Positions 54,700 to 64,000 of a stretch of DNA of 64,000 nt are shown here, piece by piece. Position 1 is the first letter of the stretch, and every line of letters begins with the position of its first letter. Both the position numbers and the translations under genes were made by a program. Origin of the DNA: an uncultured Candidatus Saccharibacteria bacterium (GTDB taxonomy: Bacteria; Patescibacteriota; Minisyncoccia; Phycocordibacterales; UBA9973). The notes beneath the pieces are model-generated. The model saw only the letters and a list, made by a program, of their open reading frames with translations, ran no database searches and was not told the DNA's origin. The stretch spans positions 30,775 through 94,774 of the forward strand of contig CAYGDG010000003.1 of assembly GCA_964348725.1 (NCBI GenBank), written 5' to 3'.

Positions 54700-55265
54700 T
54701 GCGATCAATACACCAGGCTCAAATTGAAGAGTTCTACAAAGAGAACAAGCGCATGCCGACGTATTCGGAGATGATGAAGCTTTTCTCCTTCAAGTCAAAG
54801 AATGCGGTCTTTAAGATAGTGGATAAATTAGTGGAAGCGGGCATAGTAGCCAAAGACCATCTTGGCCGGCTCATCCCATCGGATTCCTTCGGCGAAATCC
54901 CGAAGCTCGGTTTTGTGACTGCTGGCTTTCCGGCGAGCGTGGAAGAAGAATTAGTGGATACTATTAATTTGGACGATATGCTTATCAAAAGAAAATCGCT
55001 TACCTATATGCTGGAGGTGGATGGGGACTCTATGATAGACGCGCACATTGCAGACGGGGACATGGTGCTGGTAGAAAAGACTAATCAGGCAAAAGACGGG
55101 GACATCGTGATAGCAAATGTGGACGGCGAATTCACGATGAAATATTTCAGGAAGAAAGGGGAGAAAGCGTGGCTGGAACCAGCGAATAAAAACTACAAGC
55201 CTATCTACCCCACGCAGTCTTTAGAAGTGATCGCTATATTGAAAGCGGTAGTAAGGAAATATTAG
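54699..55265 (+). CDS. lexA: LexA repressor (S24 peptidase)
   Basis: N-terminal wHTH; C-terminal LEVDGDSMIDAHIADGDMVLVE (Ser) ... FTMKYF (Lys) catalytic region. Confidence 0.8.
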   Translation: MRSIHQAQIEEFYKENKRMPTYSEMMKLFSFKSKNAVFKIVDKLVEAGIVAKDHLGRLIPSDSFGEIPKLGFVTAGFPASVEEELVDTINLDDMLIKRKSLTYMLEVDGDSMIDAHIADGDMVLVEKTNQAKDGDIVIANVDGEFTMKYFRKKGEKAWLEPANKNYKPIYPTQSLEVIAILKAVVRKY

Positions 55266-55355
55266 TCGCTCCGCCGAAATAAGAATTTTGTCGCTTTACC
55301 CGCAAGCGGGCTCCGACACGCCAAAATTCTTTATTCCGGCTGCGCTTACAAAAAC

Positions 55356-55392
55356 AAAAACCGCCCATAAGGCGGCTTTCGCTTTTTCTCTC
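55356..55392. terminator. hup terminator (bidirectional)
   Basis: CCGCC-CATAA-GGCGG flanked by A-run and T-rich run. Confidence 0.65.
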
Positions 55393-55403
55393 GAGAGAAA
55401 AGA

Positions 55404-55676
55404 TTATTTGACTGCGTCCTTCAACGCCTTTGCGGCGCGGAATTTTGGAACCTTAGTCGCTGGCACTTTGACCGCTTCTCCAGTCTTTGGATTGCGAGCC
55501 ATGCGTGCGGCGCGAGGCTTTACGGAAAAGATTCCGAAGCCGGCGATTGAAACTTCACCGCCCTTCTTCATGGTGCCGACGATAGCTTCAAACATTCCGT
55601 CTACGATCTCTTCAGCTTGTACCTTGGTGCCACCGAGCTTTGCGTGTACCCATTCTGCCAATGCTTGTTTGTTCAT
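55404..55676 (-). CDS. hup: DNA-binding protein HU
   Basis: 90 aa; GFGIFSVKPRAARMARNPKTGEAVKVPA arm. Confidence 0.9.
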   Translation of the reverse strand: MNKQALAEWVHAKLGGTKVQAEEIVDGMFEAIVGTMKKGGEVSIAGFGIFSVKPRAARMARNPKTGEAVKVPATKVPKFRAAKALKDAVK

Positions 55677-55833
55677 AGTATTGTATTGAAATTTATTTTT
55701 AAATCTATTTCGACCGTACCCGTCGAAACGGGCCTTTAAAATAGTACCCTTATATTATATAGCAAGGGTTTTTTAAGGCAAGCTTTTCAAGGGTATTTTA
55801 GAACTCTTTCAATAAGCCAAAAAAACCTTTATT

Positions 55834-56802
55834 TTATAAGGCTTTTTCCTCTTCAAATGCCACTTCCATGATTTCCGTGAAACGATCCCAAGGGATAGCG
55901 GTCGCTTCCGTGGAATCTATGTTTACTCCGCCATTTTGGATGGAATTTGTAGCCGGATCATAATACCAGTTCGGAACTTCTTTTATTTTTGCCGGCGCGG
56001 CGAGAACATCATACTCTATCTGGGGATTTTCGCCGGTCCTTGTCAGGAGTTCTGTACCTCTGATGATGGCAGCCAGACGGCCGAGAGGTATTTTTTCATT
56101 TTTCTGCGGCCTGGAAAGTATATTTACATGCCCGCTCGATCTTCTTTGCACCACGATGTCATATCTCCCACCGGCTTGGGCACGCAAGTATCCCGGCAAG
56201 CTTATGTTGTCCGATTCTATGAGTACGGCTCTCAGGTTTCCGAGCCGCATTTCGATGGCCTTGCCCTCTTTTTTCAGATCTTCGTATGCTTTTGGCAGTT
56301 CATAAATACGGCGGACTTCTTCCATATGATGCGCTTCCATAAGGGGAATCACGACATTTACTACTTTCGAAGGATCGCTCGGAAATTGCTTATTCAATGA
56401 ACCAATCAGGCCTGAAAGACCAAAGGCTTTGTTCAGAGGATCTTTGGATAATGTGCCTAATCCGAATTTATCATCACGTTCGGCATATCGGAGGAGCTTG
56501 CTCAAGGCCGGGTCGTTCTCGATCCTGAGATATCTCGCTACCAAGAAAGATGCTGTGGTCGACTCGCCGGTGCCATGGTGATTGAAAGGGCCTTCGCCGA
56601 CGTCTATGAGCAGCTCTCCCTTTTTGATGTGATCTTCGAACTTCTCTTTGTCAGCATTCGGATTAAGGGAGATGTCTGCTTTGTCCGCTCCGGGGAAGTC
56701 CTTGCCACCAAAATGACGCAAGAGGTAAATGGCTAAGATGGTGTCTGGCTGAGGCCTGACCGGCAGCACGATGCGGGAAATTTGCATAAAATCATTATAC
56801 AT
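55834..56802 (-). CDS. Hypothetical protein
   Basis: 322 aa ORF, no recognised motif. Confidence 0.45.
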   Translation of the reverse strand: MYNDFMQISRIVLPVRPQPDTILAIYLLRHFGGKDFPGADKADISLNPNADKEKFEDHIKKGELLIDVGEGPFNHHGTGESTTASFLVARYLRIENDPALSKLLRYAERDDKFGLGTLSKDPLNKAFGLSGLIGSLNKQFPSDPSKVVNVVIPLMEAHHMEEVRRIYELPKAYEDLKKEGKAIEMRLGNLRAVLIESDNISLPGYLRAQAGGRYDIVVQRRSSGHVNILSRPQKNEKIPLGRLAAIIRGTELLTRTGENPQIEYDVLAAPAKIKEVPNWYYDPATNSIQNGGVNIDSTEATAIPWDRFTEIMEVAFEEEKAL

Positions 56803-56972
56803 TTTAACCCTTTTCTAAGCACTTGACAAGTTACATATAATTTGCTATACTGTATATATAGTTCTTTACAAGAGTTGTTGTCGGCAGCCTAGTTATAAGA
56901 TACAAGCCTCTGAGCCTTTGGCGGCTTATATCTTATAACTATCGCTACTTAACTTCTAAAAACAACTCACAA

Positions 56973-57317
56973 ATGAATAACATCGGAAAAAAGATCGTAA
57001 CACACATGGGCAATATTTTGTTCTGTGTGGAAATCAATGGTAAAGAATTCTATGGTGCAATGACCAGCCTTGGTCACCGGTTCGCTTTCAAGCATGAGCT
57101 CGTCAGGGGTAAATACCTGGACCACCGGGAGTGGGATAACGCTCTCGAGAAATGGAACGGACCAAATGGTGGCCGTGCTCAAGCGGAAACCATGACCCCC
57201 GATGAGCTTGCCCTGGCGAATCTGCTTGCCCATAACATGGCAAAAGATTTCACCTATGACATGACCAACGCGCAAAAACATAAGTTGCGTCACAAGCATG
57301 TCCTGAGCTTCCAGTAA
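56973..57317 (+). CDS. Hypothetical protein
   Basis: 114 aa ORF with strong downstream terminator. Confidence 0.4.
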   Translation: MNNIGKKIVTHMGNILFCVEINGKEFYGAMTSLGHRFAFKHELVRGKYLDHREWDNALEKWNGPNGGRAQAETMTPDELALANLLAHNMAKDFTYDMTNAQKHKLRHKHVLSFQ

Positions 57318-57337
57318 GAAGCAAAGATTAAAACATT

Positions 57338-57379
57338 CAGCCTTTGAAATAATATATTTCAAAGGCTGCTTTTCTTTTT
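57338..57379 (+). terminator. Rho-independent terminator
   Basis: CAGCCTTTGAAAT-AATAT-ATTTCAAAGGCTG then TTTTCTTTTT. Confidence 0.8.
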
Positions 57380-57441
57380 ATATGGCAATTTTAATAAAAA
57401 AATCCCGTACTATTTCCAGTACGGGATTTTTTGTGCGCAAT

Positions 57442-58974
57442 TTATCTCGCGTATTCGGTAATCCTGGTCTCGCGGATCATGGTGACTTTGATTTCGCCTG
57501 GATATTTGAGCTCCTGCTCTATCTTGATGGCGATATCACGCGCCATCAGCTTCGCTTCGGCATCGGAAATCTTGTCTGGGGTGACGAAGATGCGGATTTC
57601 ACGGCCGGCGGAGAGGGCGTAGGATTTTTCGACTGCCGGGAAAGCATTTACGAGGGCTTCGAGTTCTTGCAAGCGCTTCAAGTAATTTTCCACTGAATCG
57701 CGGCGCGCACCCGGGCGTCCGCCGGAGATGGCGTCCGCAGTCTGCACGATGACCGCTTCCACGGTCTCATACGGATAGTCTTCGTGGTGGGATTTCATCG
57801 CGGTGATGATGCGCTCATCCGCGCCAAATTTCTGGAGGATACGGATACCGATCTCGATATGCGTGCCCTGCACTTCGTGATCGAGCGCTTTACCGATGTC
57901 ATGTACCAGGGCTCCGGCCTTGGCGATGGCCACATCCGCGCCGAGCTCTTCGGCTAGCATGCCGGCGATGTGCGCCATTTCAATAGAGTGCTGGAGCACG
58001 TTCTGCCCGTAGCTGGTGCGGAAGTACAGGCGGCCGATGATGGCCACAATGCGCGGATCAAAGTTGAATATGCCGCATTCGTACACTGCTTGCTCTCCCT
58101 TTTCTTTGATTATTTTGTTGATTTCTTCTTTGGCTTTCTCTACCAATTCTTCAATCTTTGCCGGCTGGATGCGTCCGTCGAGAATGAGGTTCTCGAGCGC
58201 GAGGCGGGCTACCTGGCGACGTACTGGATCAAAAGAAGAGATGACGATAGTGCCTGGGGTATCATCCACGATGAGCTCTACGCCGGAAGCGCGTTCGAAA
58301 GCGCGGATATTGCGGCCTTCTTTTCCGATGATCTTGCCTTTGATGTCATTGTTCGGAATGGCGACGATGGTGGTCATCATGTCACTCGCAGTGCTGGAAG
58401 CGAGGCGTTGGATGGAAGTGGAAAGGATATCCTTGGCGCGGCGATCAAGCTTTTCTTCATTGGAATTTTCAAGCTTCTGGATGCGCACGAGGATGTCTTC
58501 CTCATACTTCTTCTCAATATCGGCAAGCAGAGCTTCTTTTGCTTCAGCTTCCGTCAGGCGAGCGACTCGTTCGAGTTCGACACGCTTTACTTCTTCCATA
58601 CCTGCCACTTTTTCCTGCACTTTTTTCACTTCTTCTGTCTTGATCTTGATATTCTCGATCTCTTTATCTATCTCGTGCTGACGCGCGTCGAGGAGCTCAT
58701 CTTTCTTGATGAGTCTTTTTTCCGTCTCTTTAAATTCTTCCACGCGCTTCTTCTCTTCTTCGCGCAGTTCAGCGAGTTTTTCTTCGCTCTTTGTTTTCGC
58801 TTCGTCGAGGATGCGCTGCGCTTCTTCCTTGGCGCCGACCATCATGTCCTTGATGTCGATCTCGATGCTTCGCTTCTTGCCGAGCGCGATCAAAAAGCGC
58901 AGGTAATAGCCGATGCCCGCGCCTAAGAGGAGCGCTCCGGCTCCTATCAAAAGTATTGTTACTGTTAAGCTCAT
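57442..58974 (-). CDS. rny: Ribonuclease Y
   Basis: 510 aa; N-terminal TM, coiled coil, KH domain, HD domain (HDIGKALDHE). Confidence 0.85.
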   Translation of the reverse strand: MSLTVTILLIGAGALLLGAGIGYYLRFLIALGKKRSIEIDIKDMMVGAKEEAQRILDEAKTKSEEKLAELREEEKKRVEEFKETEKRLIKKDELLDARQHEIDKEIENIKIKTEEVKKVQEKVAGMEEVKRVELERVARLTEAEAKEALLADIEKKYEEDILVRIQKLENSNEEKLDRRAKDILSTSIQRLASSTASDMMTTIVAIPNNDIKGKIIGKEGRNIRAFERASGVELIVDDTPGTIVISSFDPVRRQVARLALENLILDGRIQPAKIEELVEKAKEEINKIIKEKGEQAVYECGIFNFDPRIVAIIGRLYFRTSYGQNVLQHSIEMAHIAGMLAEELGADVAIAKAGALVHDIGKALDHEVQGTHIEIGIRILQKFGADERIITAMKSHHEDYPYETVEAVIVQTADAISGGRPGARRDSVENYLKRLQELEALVNAFPAVEKSYALSAGREIRIFVTPDKISDAEAKLMARDIAIKIEQELKYPGEIKVTMIRETRITEYAR

Positions 58975-59172
58975 AGACCTTTGTGCGGCCTACAAGAACA
59001 CGCCTATATTAGGGTTTTGTTTCGATACGCTGCGTCAAATTTGTATCCTCTGCTGTCCATATATGGAATATTCTTATAAACCGATTGAAATAAAAATTAT
59101 AAAATCTAACATCTCCACTATATCAGATAGAGGAGGGCTTTGTCTAATTATGAGGCTGGAAGGGCTTTGTAG

Positions 59173-59778
59173 CTAGGTAGTTGGTTTTGCGACCGGAGCT
59201 TTGGATTTGGTGACGATTTCGTCTATGATGCCGTACTTTTTTGCTTCTTCGGCGTCCATGAAGAAGTCGCGCTCTACGTCTTTTTCTATCTGGGCTACTG
59301 ATTTGCCGGTATTTTTCGCGAGGAGCTTGTTTAGATTATCGCGGGTTTTCAGAATATGCTTCGCAGTGATGGCGATGTCGGATGCCTGGCCTTCCACGCC
59401 GCCGAGGGGCTGGTGAATCATCACTTCGGCATTCGGCAATATGTAGCGCTTGCCTTTCTTTCCTGCGGACAGGATGATGGCGCCGCCGGAAGCAGCGAGG
59501 CCGACGCAAAAAGTGGCGACGTCTGGGCGGATATGATTCATTGTGTCTACGATGGCCATAGTGGAAGTCACCGAGCCGCCAGGGGAGTTCACATACAAGA
59601 AAATGTCTTTCTTGGAATCTTCATTTTCCAAAAACAGCAGCTGGGCGATGATGATATTCGCGTTGTTGTCATCTATCGGTCCGCCGAGGAAGATGATGCG
59701 CTCGCGGAGGAGGCGGGAATAGATGTCGTACGCGCGCTCACCGAACTGTGATTTTTCTATTACGGTTGGAATTAACAT
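59173..59778 (-). CDS. clpP: ATP-dependent Clp protease proteolytic subunit
   Basis: 201 aa; catalytic Ser context GLAASGGA, His (MIHQP), Asp; downstream of tig. Confidence 0.9.
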   Translation of the reverse strand: MLIPTVIEKSQFGERAYDIYSRLLRERIIFLGGPIDDNNANIIIAQLLFLENEDSKKDIFLYVNSPGGSVTSTMAIVDTMNHIRPDVATFCVGLAASGGAIILSAGKKGKRYILPNAEVMIHQPLGGVEGQASDIAITAKHILKTRDNLNKLLAKNTGKSVAQIEKDVERDFFMDAEEAKKYGIIDEIVTKSKAPVAKPTT

Positions 59779-59898
59779 CTTTTAATAATAGCTCTTTTAG
59801 ACGTTTTTGCAAGTTATCCCCATTGTTCTTGGATTTCAAATAGTGCATAATAAGCCTTTAGAGCTACTCCTTTATATAAATAAAAAAACAAAAAAGAG

Positions 59899-60078
59899 AT
59901 GATAACTACCTTATTCTGTCCTGCCTGTCAGCAAGATACTGAACACGGCATCACTGACGGCAAGTTCAAGATCTGCTATCCGTGCCTTGGGCGAGAAGGC
60001 GCGAAACACAAGCTGAATGTACAGAAAGAACTTTCAGCAGAAGAAAAACAAAAAATCTTTACAGAACTCAAGACCTAG
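59899..60078 (+). CDS. Putative small zinc-ribbon protein (59 aa)
   Basis: MITTLFCPACQQDTEHGITDGKFKICYPCLGREGAKHK... CxxC-N17-CxxC; followed by terminator. Confidence 0.35.
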   Translation: MITTLFCPACQQDTEHGITDGKFKICYPCLGREGAKHKLNVQKELSAEEKQKIFTELKT

Positions 60079-60099
60079 TGGACTTGAGTTTTTATTTTT
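60066..60099. terminator. Bidirectional terminator
   Basis: ACTCAAG-loop-CTTGAGT then TTTTTATTTTT. Confidence 0.65.
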
Positions 60100-61135
60100 G
60101 GCTTTCGAGAAAATTGAAAACTTTCTCATTCGTCAGCACGTTCTCGGCATGGGCGCGGGCGCGTTCTGGGTCGGCATCTTTATAATGTTCTAAAATATGC
60201 TCGACTTCGTGGTTCACCTGTTCTTCATCGGCTTTGATATTTTCAGTTTCAGAGATCTTGTGCAACACGAGAGAGAGCTTTGCTTTCTTTTCGCCGTCGC
60301 CGCGGAAGTCCTTACGGATCTCTTCGCGGGTCTTTTTGAGGTGCACTAAATAATCCTCGAATTTGAGGCCCATCTGAGTGATGTCGCTTTCCATGCGGTG
60401 CATGATCTTGTCGAGCTCCACTTCGATTAGGATTTCCGGCAAGTCTGCTTCTGTTTCGTCGATGATCTTCTCGATAGTCTTCAGGCGGTTTTTCTCCTTG
60501 AGCTGATTCTCTTTTTCGAGCTTGATATTGGCGCGGAGTTTTTCCTTGAAGTCTTCGACGTTCGTAAACGGCCCGAGCGCCTGCACGAATTCGTCATTTA
60601 ATTCCACGATGTCTTTTTCTTCGACTTCTTTCGGCTTACCGTCGGCATCTTTGTTCTGCGGAGAGCGGGACTTCCTGATATCGAGCAAAGTTTTTTCAAA
60701 TTCTTCGTCCGTGACGGCAAGATCCTTTTCCTCATCCTTCATCTCCATATTTATTTTTGCCGCGATCTTTTTATAATCCGGCAGTTTTACTTCGGGTAGT
60801 ACGGCGGTCTTGATGATGAAGCCGAGGGGATTGTTGCGCACGAGCTTGGTGATCGTTATTTCCGGACGGCTGATGGCGTCTATCTTCTCATCCATCAATA
60901 TTTTTGGATAATGTTCGCTTATAGCAAGTGAGGCCATTTCTTCGAGGATGCTCATCTCTGGCACGCGTGACAGCAGAATATTCTCAGGCACTTTGCCTTT
61001 GCGGAAGCCGTCCATCTCTATATGCGCGCCGATATTCGCCAAAGCCTTTTGGAAATATGTTTCAAAGTGCTCTGTCGGCAGTTCGCCGCTGATTTCCACT
61101 TCGCTTTTTGGTAGTTTCTTTGTTGTGATTTGCAT
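60092..61135 (-). CDS. tig: Trigger factor (short form)
   Basis: 347 aa; N-domain signature MDGFRKGKVP; tig-clpP order. Confidence 0.8.
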   Translation of the reverse strand: MQITTKKLPKSEVEISGELPTEHFETYFQKALANIGAHIEMDGFRKGKVPENILLSRVPEMSILEEMASLAISEHYPKILMDEKIDAISRPEITITKLVRNNPLGFIIKTAVLPEVKLPDYKKIAAKINMEMKDEEKDLAVTDEEFEKTLLDIRKSRSPQNKDADGKPKEVEEKDIVELNDEFVQALGPFTNVEDFKEKLRANIKLEKENQLKEKNRLKTIEKIIDETEADLPEILIEVELDKIMHRMESDITQMGLKFEDYLVHLKKTREEIRKDFRGDGEKKAKLSLVLHKISETENIKADEEQVNHEVEHILEHYKDADPERARAHAENVLTNEKVFNFLESQK

Positions 61136-61225
61136 TCCGGTATCTTATATCAAAAAGGGAATTTTATCAATTAGCATATATTAATAAGTTGCAAAGGTAT
61201 TATTATATGTTAACATAAAGAAATT

Positions 61226-62548
61226 ATGAAGAATTCGGAGGACCTTTTTATCTCTACTACTGAAGCGGCAAAACTGCTCGGCATCTCCGGTGTAGCGGTT
61301 TTTCATAAGATAAAGAAAGGTATAATCAAGGCGCAGAAAGTCGGGCGCAACTATCTGATACCGCAGAAAGAAATAGAATCTATGTTAGGAAAAAATATTT
61401 TTCCTGTTTCTTCTTCCAAACCGGGGGATGAGAAGTTATTCTCCGAATTCAAGAAGCTTGAAAAAAAGATCCTGAGCAATCCAAAGCACTCAATTTCATT
61501 GCGCGAAGCGAAAGAAATATTCTTGTCGCACGAAGAGCTCTTCAATACGGACATAGACCTCGGCGGCAGAGACATCATCATAGGCTTCAACGAGCCAGCA
61601 TTCAAGAAATCAGAAGAAAATTCCGAGCCCGACTTGGATTCTCCGGTAAATGCCCGCCTTCTTTCCTATTTCCTCCCGGCGGTCCTCTTGGCAAAGATGC
61701 AGAAAGAGCGCCCACGCCTCATACTGGTGAGCGGAATCAATGCCGCCCTCAAATGGAATGCAAATACTGATAATGAGCGAAGAAGAATGATGATAAATAA
61801 TGCGCTGAAGATGCGATTTATTACGGACGCCCTGCAGACTTTCTTTCCCGATGCCTTTTCCCTGGTGGAGACGAGGGCTTCATATGACTTCCTGAAGATT
61901 TCCGAGCGCAAACTGGAAATGCTCTGGAATATTTTTGAAAAGGAATATCCGGATAAAATAGCAGGATTAAAGACGCATCTTCTGCGTTTCAAGAAACCGA
62001 AGCTCTTCGCGGAAGATTTGTCGGAAAAAGACATTGAGAAATTAGTGAATCTGAATCAGGCGGAGCTGAAAGACGCATTCAAATACGCGATGGTACACTT
62101 GTTCTGCCTGGGGGACATAAATTTGAGCTACGACTTTGCCCATAATCCGAAAGGATATTGTTCAGTAGGCGAATACAATGAAGCTATCTTCAATGTGGTT
62201 CGGAAAATAGGATATGAAATATTGAAAAACGTGGGAGAGGCGGTCTTTGACCAAGAGGTCTATTGTTTTAATAATTCAAAAATAGTTCTGCAAGACGAAG
62301 TGAAATCTCCGCCGCCGTACAACGGAGCTTTTCGCGCCACCAGAGGAATCACCAGCTTGGATGAAGCTACCTTTGAGAACGGACGCCCGCTTTCTTATTA
62401 CGATGAGCGCCCTCGGCTGAAGCCGAGTATGGATTTCTTTTATAAAATAATTCCGAAAGAAACTTTTGAAAAATATTGGGATTCTTATAAGAAAAAATAC
62501 TTAGATTTGAAAGCGAGATACGAAGAAGCGTATCAGATGGAGAAATAA
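61226..62548 (+). CDS. Hypothetical protein with N-terminal excisionase/MerR-like HTH
   Basis: ISTTEAAKLLGISGVAVFHKIKKGIIKAQKVGRNYLI; remaining ~380 aa unrecognised. Confidence 0.5.
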   Translation: MKNSEDLFISTTEAAKLLGISGVAVFHKIKKGIIKAQKVGRNYLIPQKEIESMLGKNIFPVSSSKPGDEKLFSEFKKLEKKILSNPKHSISLREAKEIFLSHEELFNTDIDLGGRDIIIGFNEPAFKKSEENSEPDLDSPVNARLLSYFLPAVLLAKMQKERPRLILVSGINAALKWNANTDNERRRMMINNALKMRFITDALQTFFPDAFSLVETRASYDFLKISERKLEMLWNIFEKEYPDKIAGLKTHLLRFKKPKLFAEDLSEKDIEKLVNLNQAELKDAFKYAMVHLFCLGDINLSYDFAHNPKGYCSVGEYNEAIFNVVRKIGYEILKNVGEAVFDQEVYCFNNSKIVLQDEVKSPPPYNGAFRATRGITSLDEATFENGRPLSYYDERPRLKPSMDFFYKIIPKETFEKYWDSYKKKYLDLKARYEEAYQMEK

Positions 62549-62586
62549 AAAAGGACCGGCGCTTCTGCACCAGTCCTTTTTTCATG
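62549..62586 (+). terminator. Putative terminator
   Basis: AAAAAGGAC...GTCCTTTTTTC with structured loop. Confidence 0.45.
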
Positions 62587-62596
62587 AGGATACTTT

Positions 62597-63340
62597 TCAC
62601 TCTCCATTCACAAACACTGAGGCTGTATTCCAGAACTTGGACATATCCATAGAGTCCGAAATAAAGATACTCATTATTTTCATGCGGCCATTGTAGATGT
62701 TTTTGAATTCACCTACTGCTTGCATGACAGGATACGCACAGGTAGCTGGAATGAAAGCCACCATTCGCTCAAAGCCTTTTTTCTCGCATGCATCAAAAAG
62801 AGGCATGAATTCCTGGGCACATCCGTTCTTCAGCGAACAAGACTTATAGCGAGCATGATTATCAAATTTATTTCTCAGTATTGTTTCACTGAAGAAATAG
62901 CTGTGATGGTACGTCATTTCTGGCGGCGGGTTGAAAACCTTGCTCACAAGATTTAATTCTTGTTTCATCGCTCTTTTTGCAAAAGAAGGAGGGATTTCCG
63001 ATGCGCGATAGAATTCCTTCCTAGCTTCGCTTTTCGGTTGCGTTGTTTTTTCCACATGTTGCCAGTCATTTGCGAGGAGCAGAACTTTTGCTCCCACAGT
63101 CTTCTTTACAAGTTCAGCAGTGATAGAAAATGTTTCTGTTGGGAAATGAGACATATAAGGATGTTTCTTAACCCAGTCAGAAGTTTTTTTATTCTTGCAG
63201 TCCTCAAAGATGCCCGGAACAAGAATGTCAGAGCCGGGCGTTTCGTGGACGAGCGAGAAATGTCCTCCTAGAATTACGGAGGCGGAGCTTTCAGAAAGGA
63301 AATCCAGTGAAGTTTGGCGGATGGCGTCTTTATTTTTCAT
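62597..63340 (-). CDS. Hypothetical protein
   Basis: 247 aa ORF. Confidence 0.45.
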   Translation of the reverse strand: MKNKDAIRQTSLDFLSESSASVILGGHFSLVHETPGSDILVPGIFEDCKNKKTSDWVKKHPYMSHFPTETFSITAELVKKTVGAKVLLLANDWQHVEKTTQPKSEARKEFYRASEIPPSFAKRAMKQELNLVSKVFNPPPEMTYHHSYFFSETILRNKFDNHARYKSCSLKNGCAQEFMPLFDACEKKGFERMVAFIPATCAYPVMQAVGEFKNIYNGRMKIMSIFISDSMDMSKFWNTASVFVNGE

Positions 63341-63428
63341 GGTGCGTTTGTTCAGGTTAGTGTTGTGTTTTATTGTTTTGTTTTTACAAATTATAGTATA
63401 TTTTTATGATAAAGTCAAAAAACACAAA

Positions 63429-63464
63429 CCCCTCTCCTTTTCAGGAGAGGGGTAGGGGTGAGGT
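63429..63464 (+). repeat. Hairpin repeat family C copy 3 (intergenic)
   Basis: CCCCTCTCCTTTTCAGGAGAGGGGTAGGGGTGAGGT. Confidence 0.7.
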
Positions 63465-63480
63465 GTATTCTCTTATTCCT

Positions 63481-63729
63481 TTATTCTAAATCCTTATCCA
63501 GAGAATCAAATTCCGCATTTGTGCCGAGGTCGGCTTCTATGTCGGAGATGTCATCCGAAGATGAAAGGGTGTCAGCGGCAGTTCCCGTTCCTGTGTCCTG
63601 CACATTGCTTCTTTCGAAGCGGCCCTGCTTCGCGTTGCTGATGAGGTATACACCTCCGATGACGAGCAGGATGATAATGATGACCGAACCTACGAGCGCA
63701 CCGTTTGATTTTTTGTTGGTGGGTTCCAT
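63481..63729 (-). CDS. Small membrane protein with acidic C-terminus
   Basis: 82 aa; TM ALVGSVIIIILLVIGGVYLI. Confidence 0.4.
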   Translation of the reverse strand: MEPTNKKSNGALVGSVIIIILLVIGGVYLISNAKQGRFERSNVQDTGTGTAADTLSSSDDISDIEADLGTNAEFDSLDKDLE

Positions 63730-63753
63730 ATGTTTTATTTTTTTATTTATAAA

Positions 63754-64000
63754 TTATTGAACGGTGGTTGTGGTGGAAGTGCCTGTGGAAGTATTGACAG
63801 AAGTATTCTGCGAAGCGCGGTATGCTTCAGCTTTTGCTTTCAAATCTTTTACCGCTTCGGACAGGTATGTGTGCGCCTGCTTCAATGAATCCTTTGCAGA
63901 AGCGAGGTTCGCTTTTATTTCGTCCAATGAGCCGTCCGCTTCAGCGATCGCTTTTGCTTTCGCGCCGGAAGTTTCAGCGGCCATGATGGATGCTTCAGCT
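63754..64000 (-). CDS. Hypothetical Ala/Lys-rich protein (5' end may lie beyond window)
   Basis: ORF 63754..63984 with open frame continuing to window edge. Confidence 0.3.
   Translation of the reverse strand, partial: AEASIMAAETSGAKAKAIAEADGSLDEIKANLASAKDSLKQAHTYLSEAVKDLKAKAEAYRASQNTSVNTSTGTSTTTTVQ

Noticed and set aside
1-64000. rRNA genes, CRISPR-Cas, reverse transcriptases/DGR, restriction-modification systems
   Set aside because: No sequence resembling 16S/23S/5S conserved blocks, no cas-like ORFs, no RT motifs (YxDD) in any long ORF, and the only methyltransferases are RsmA and a small class I MTase without a partner endonuclease.

Overview
All calls below come from reading the sequence and the supplied ORF translations; no database search or computation was run. 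This 64-kb window looks like a small, reduced bacterial genome of CPR/Patescibacteria type. It uses the standard genetic code, since conserved genes end in TAA/TAG/TGA. Lineage clues are a short 347-aa trigger factor and a short 249-aa YidC. The left edge is the chromosomal origin cluster. The dnaA N-terminus lies on the minus strand and runs off the window start. Perfect DnaA boxes sit between dnaA and rpmH. The plus-strand genes rpmH, rnpA, yidD, yidC and jag follow. Immediately next to it is a roughly 15-kb minus-strand operon of 12 tightly packed or overlapping genes, spanning 2569..17632. It encodes a Gram-positive-style type IV secretion-like apparatus. There is a PrgI/VirB3-like protein followed by a VirB4 ATPase that is split into two in-frame ORFs by a TAA TAA pair. 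There is a VirB6/TrbL-like polytopic protein with a His/Asp-rich tail. There is a VirB2-like hairpin fused to an M15 cell-wall peptidase. Several secreted proteins of unknown function complete the set. No relaxase, VirD4 or VirB11 is visible. This is the main candidate system. The rest of the window is mostly housekeeping. It includes rsmA, pcrA/uvrD, cca, five tRNAs, a fatty-acid desaturase, zupT, a LysM-M23 peptidase, xth, xerC/D, rpsO, radC, pnp, comM, lexA, hup, rny, clpP and tig. Regulators, a Fic protein, a MazF-like toxin, and a second cluster of four large unknown proteins at 23152..28794 are also present. There are three families of short palindromic repeats. REP-A, GTCCAGGCCCGGCCTGGAC, has four copies flanking and inside a RAYT/IS200-like Y1 transposase gene. 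REP-B, GTTAGGGCTTTAGACCCTAAC, has three copies flanking and inside a second RAYT paralog. A 37-bp hairpin element has three copies, one inserted in-frame in rsmA. Both RAYT paralogs carry an in-frame copy of their own cognate palindrome at the same aligned codon position. No CRISPR array, rRNA gene or obvious prophage was found.
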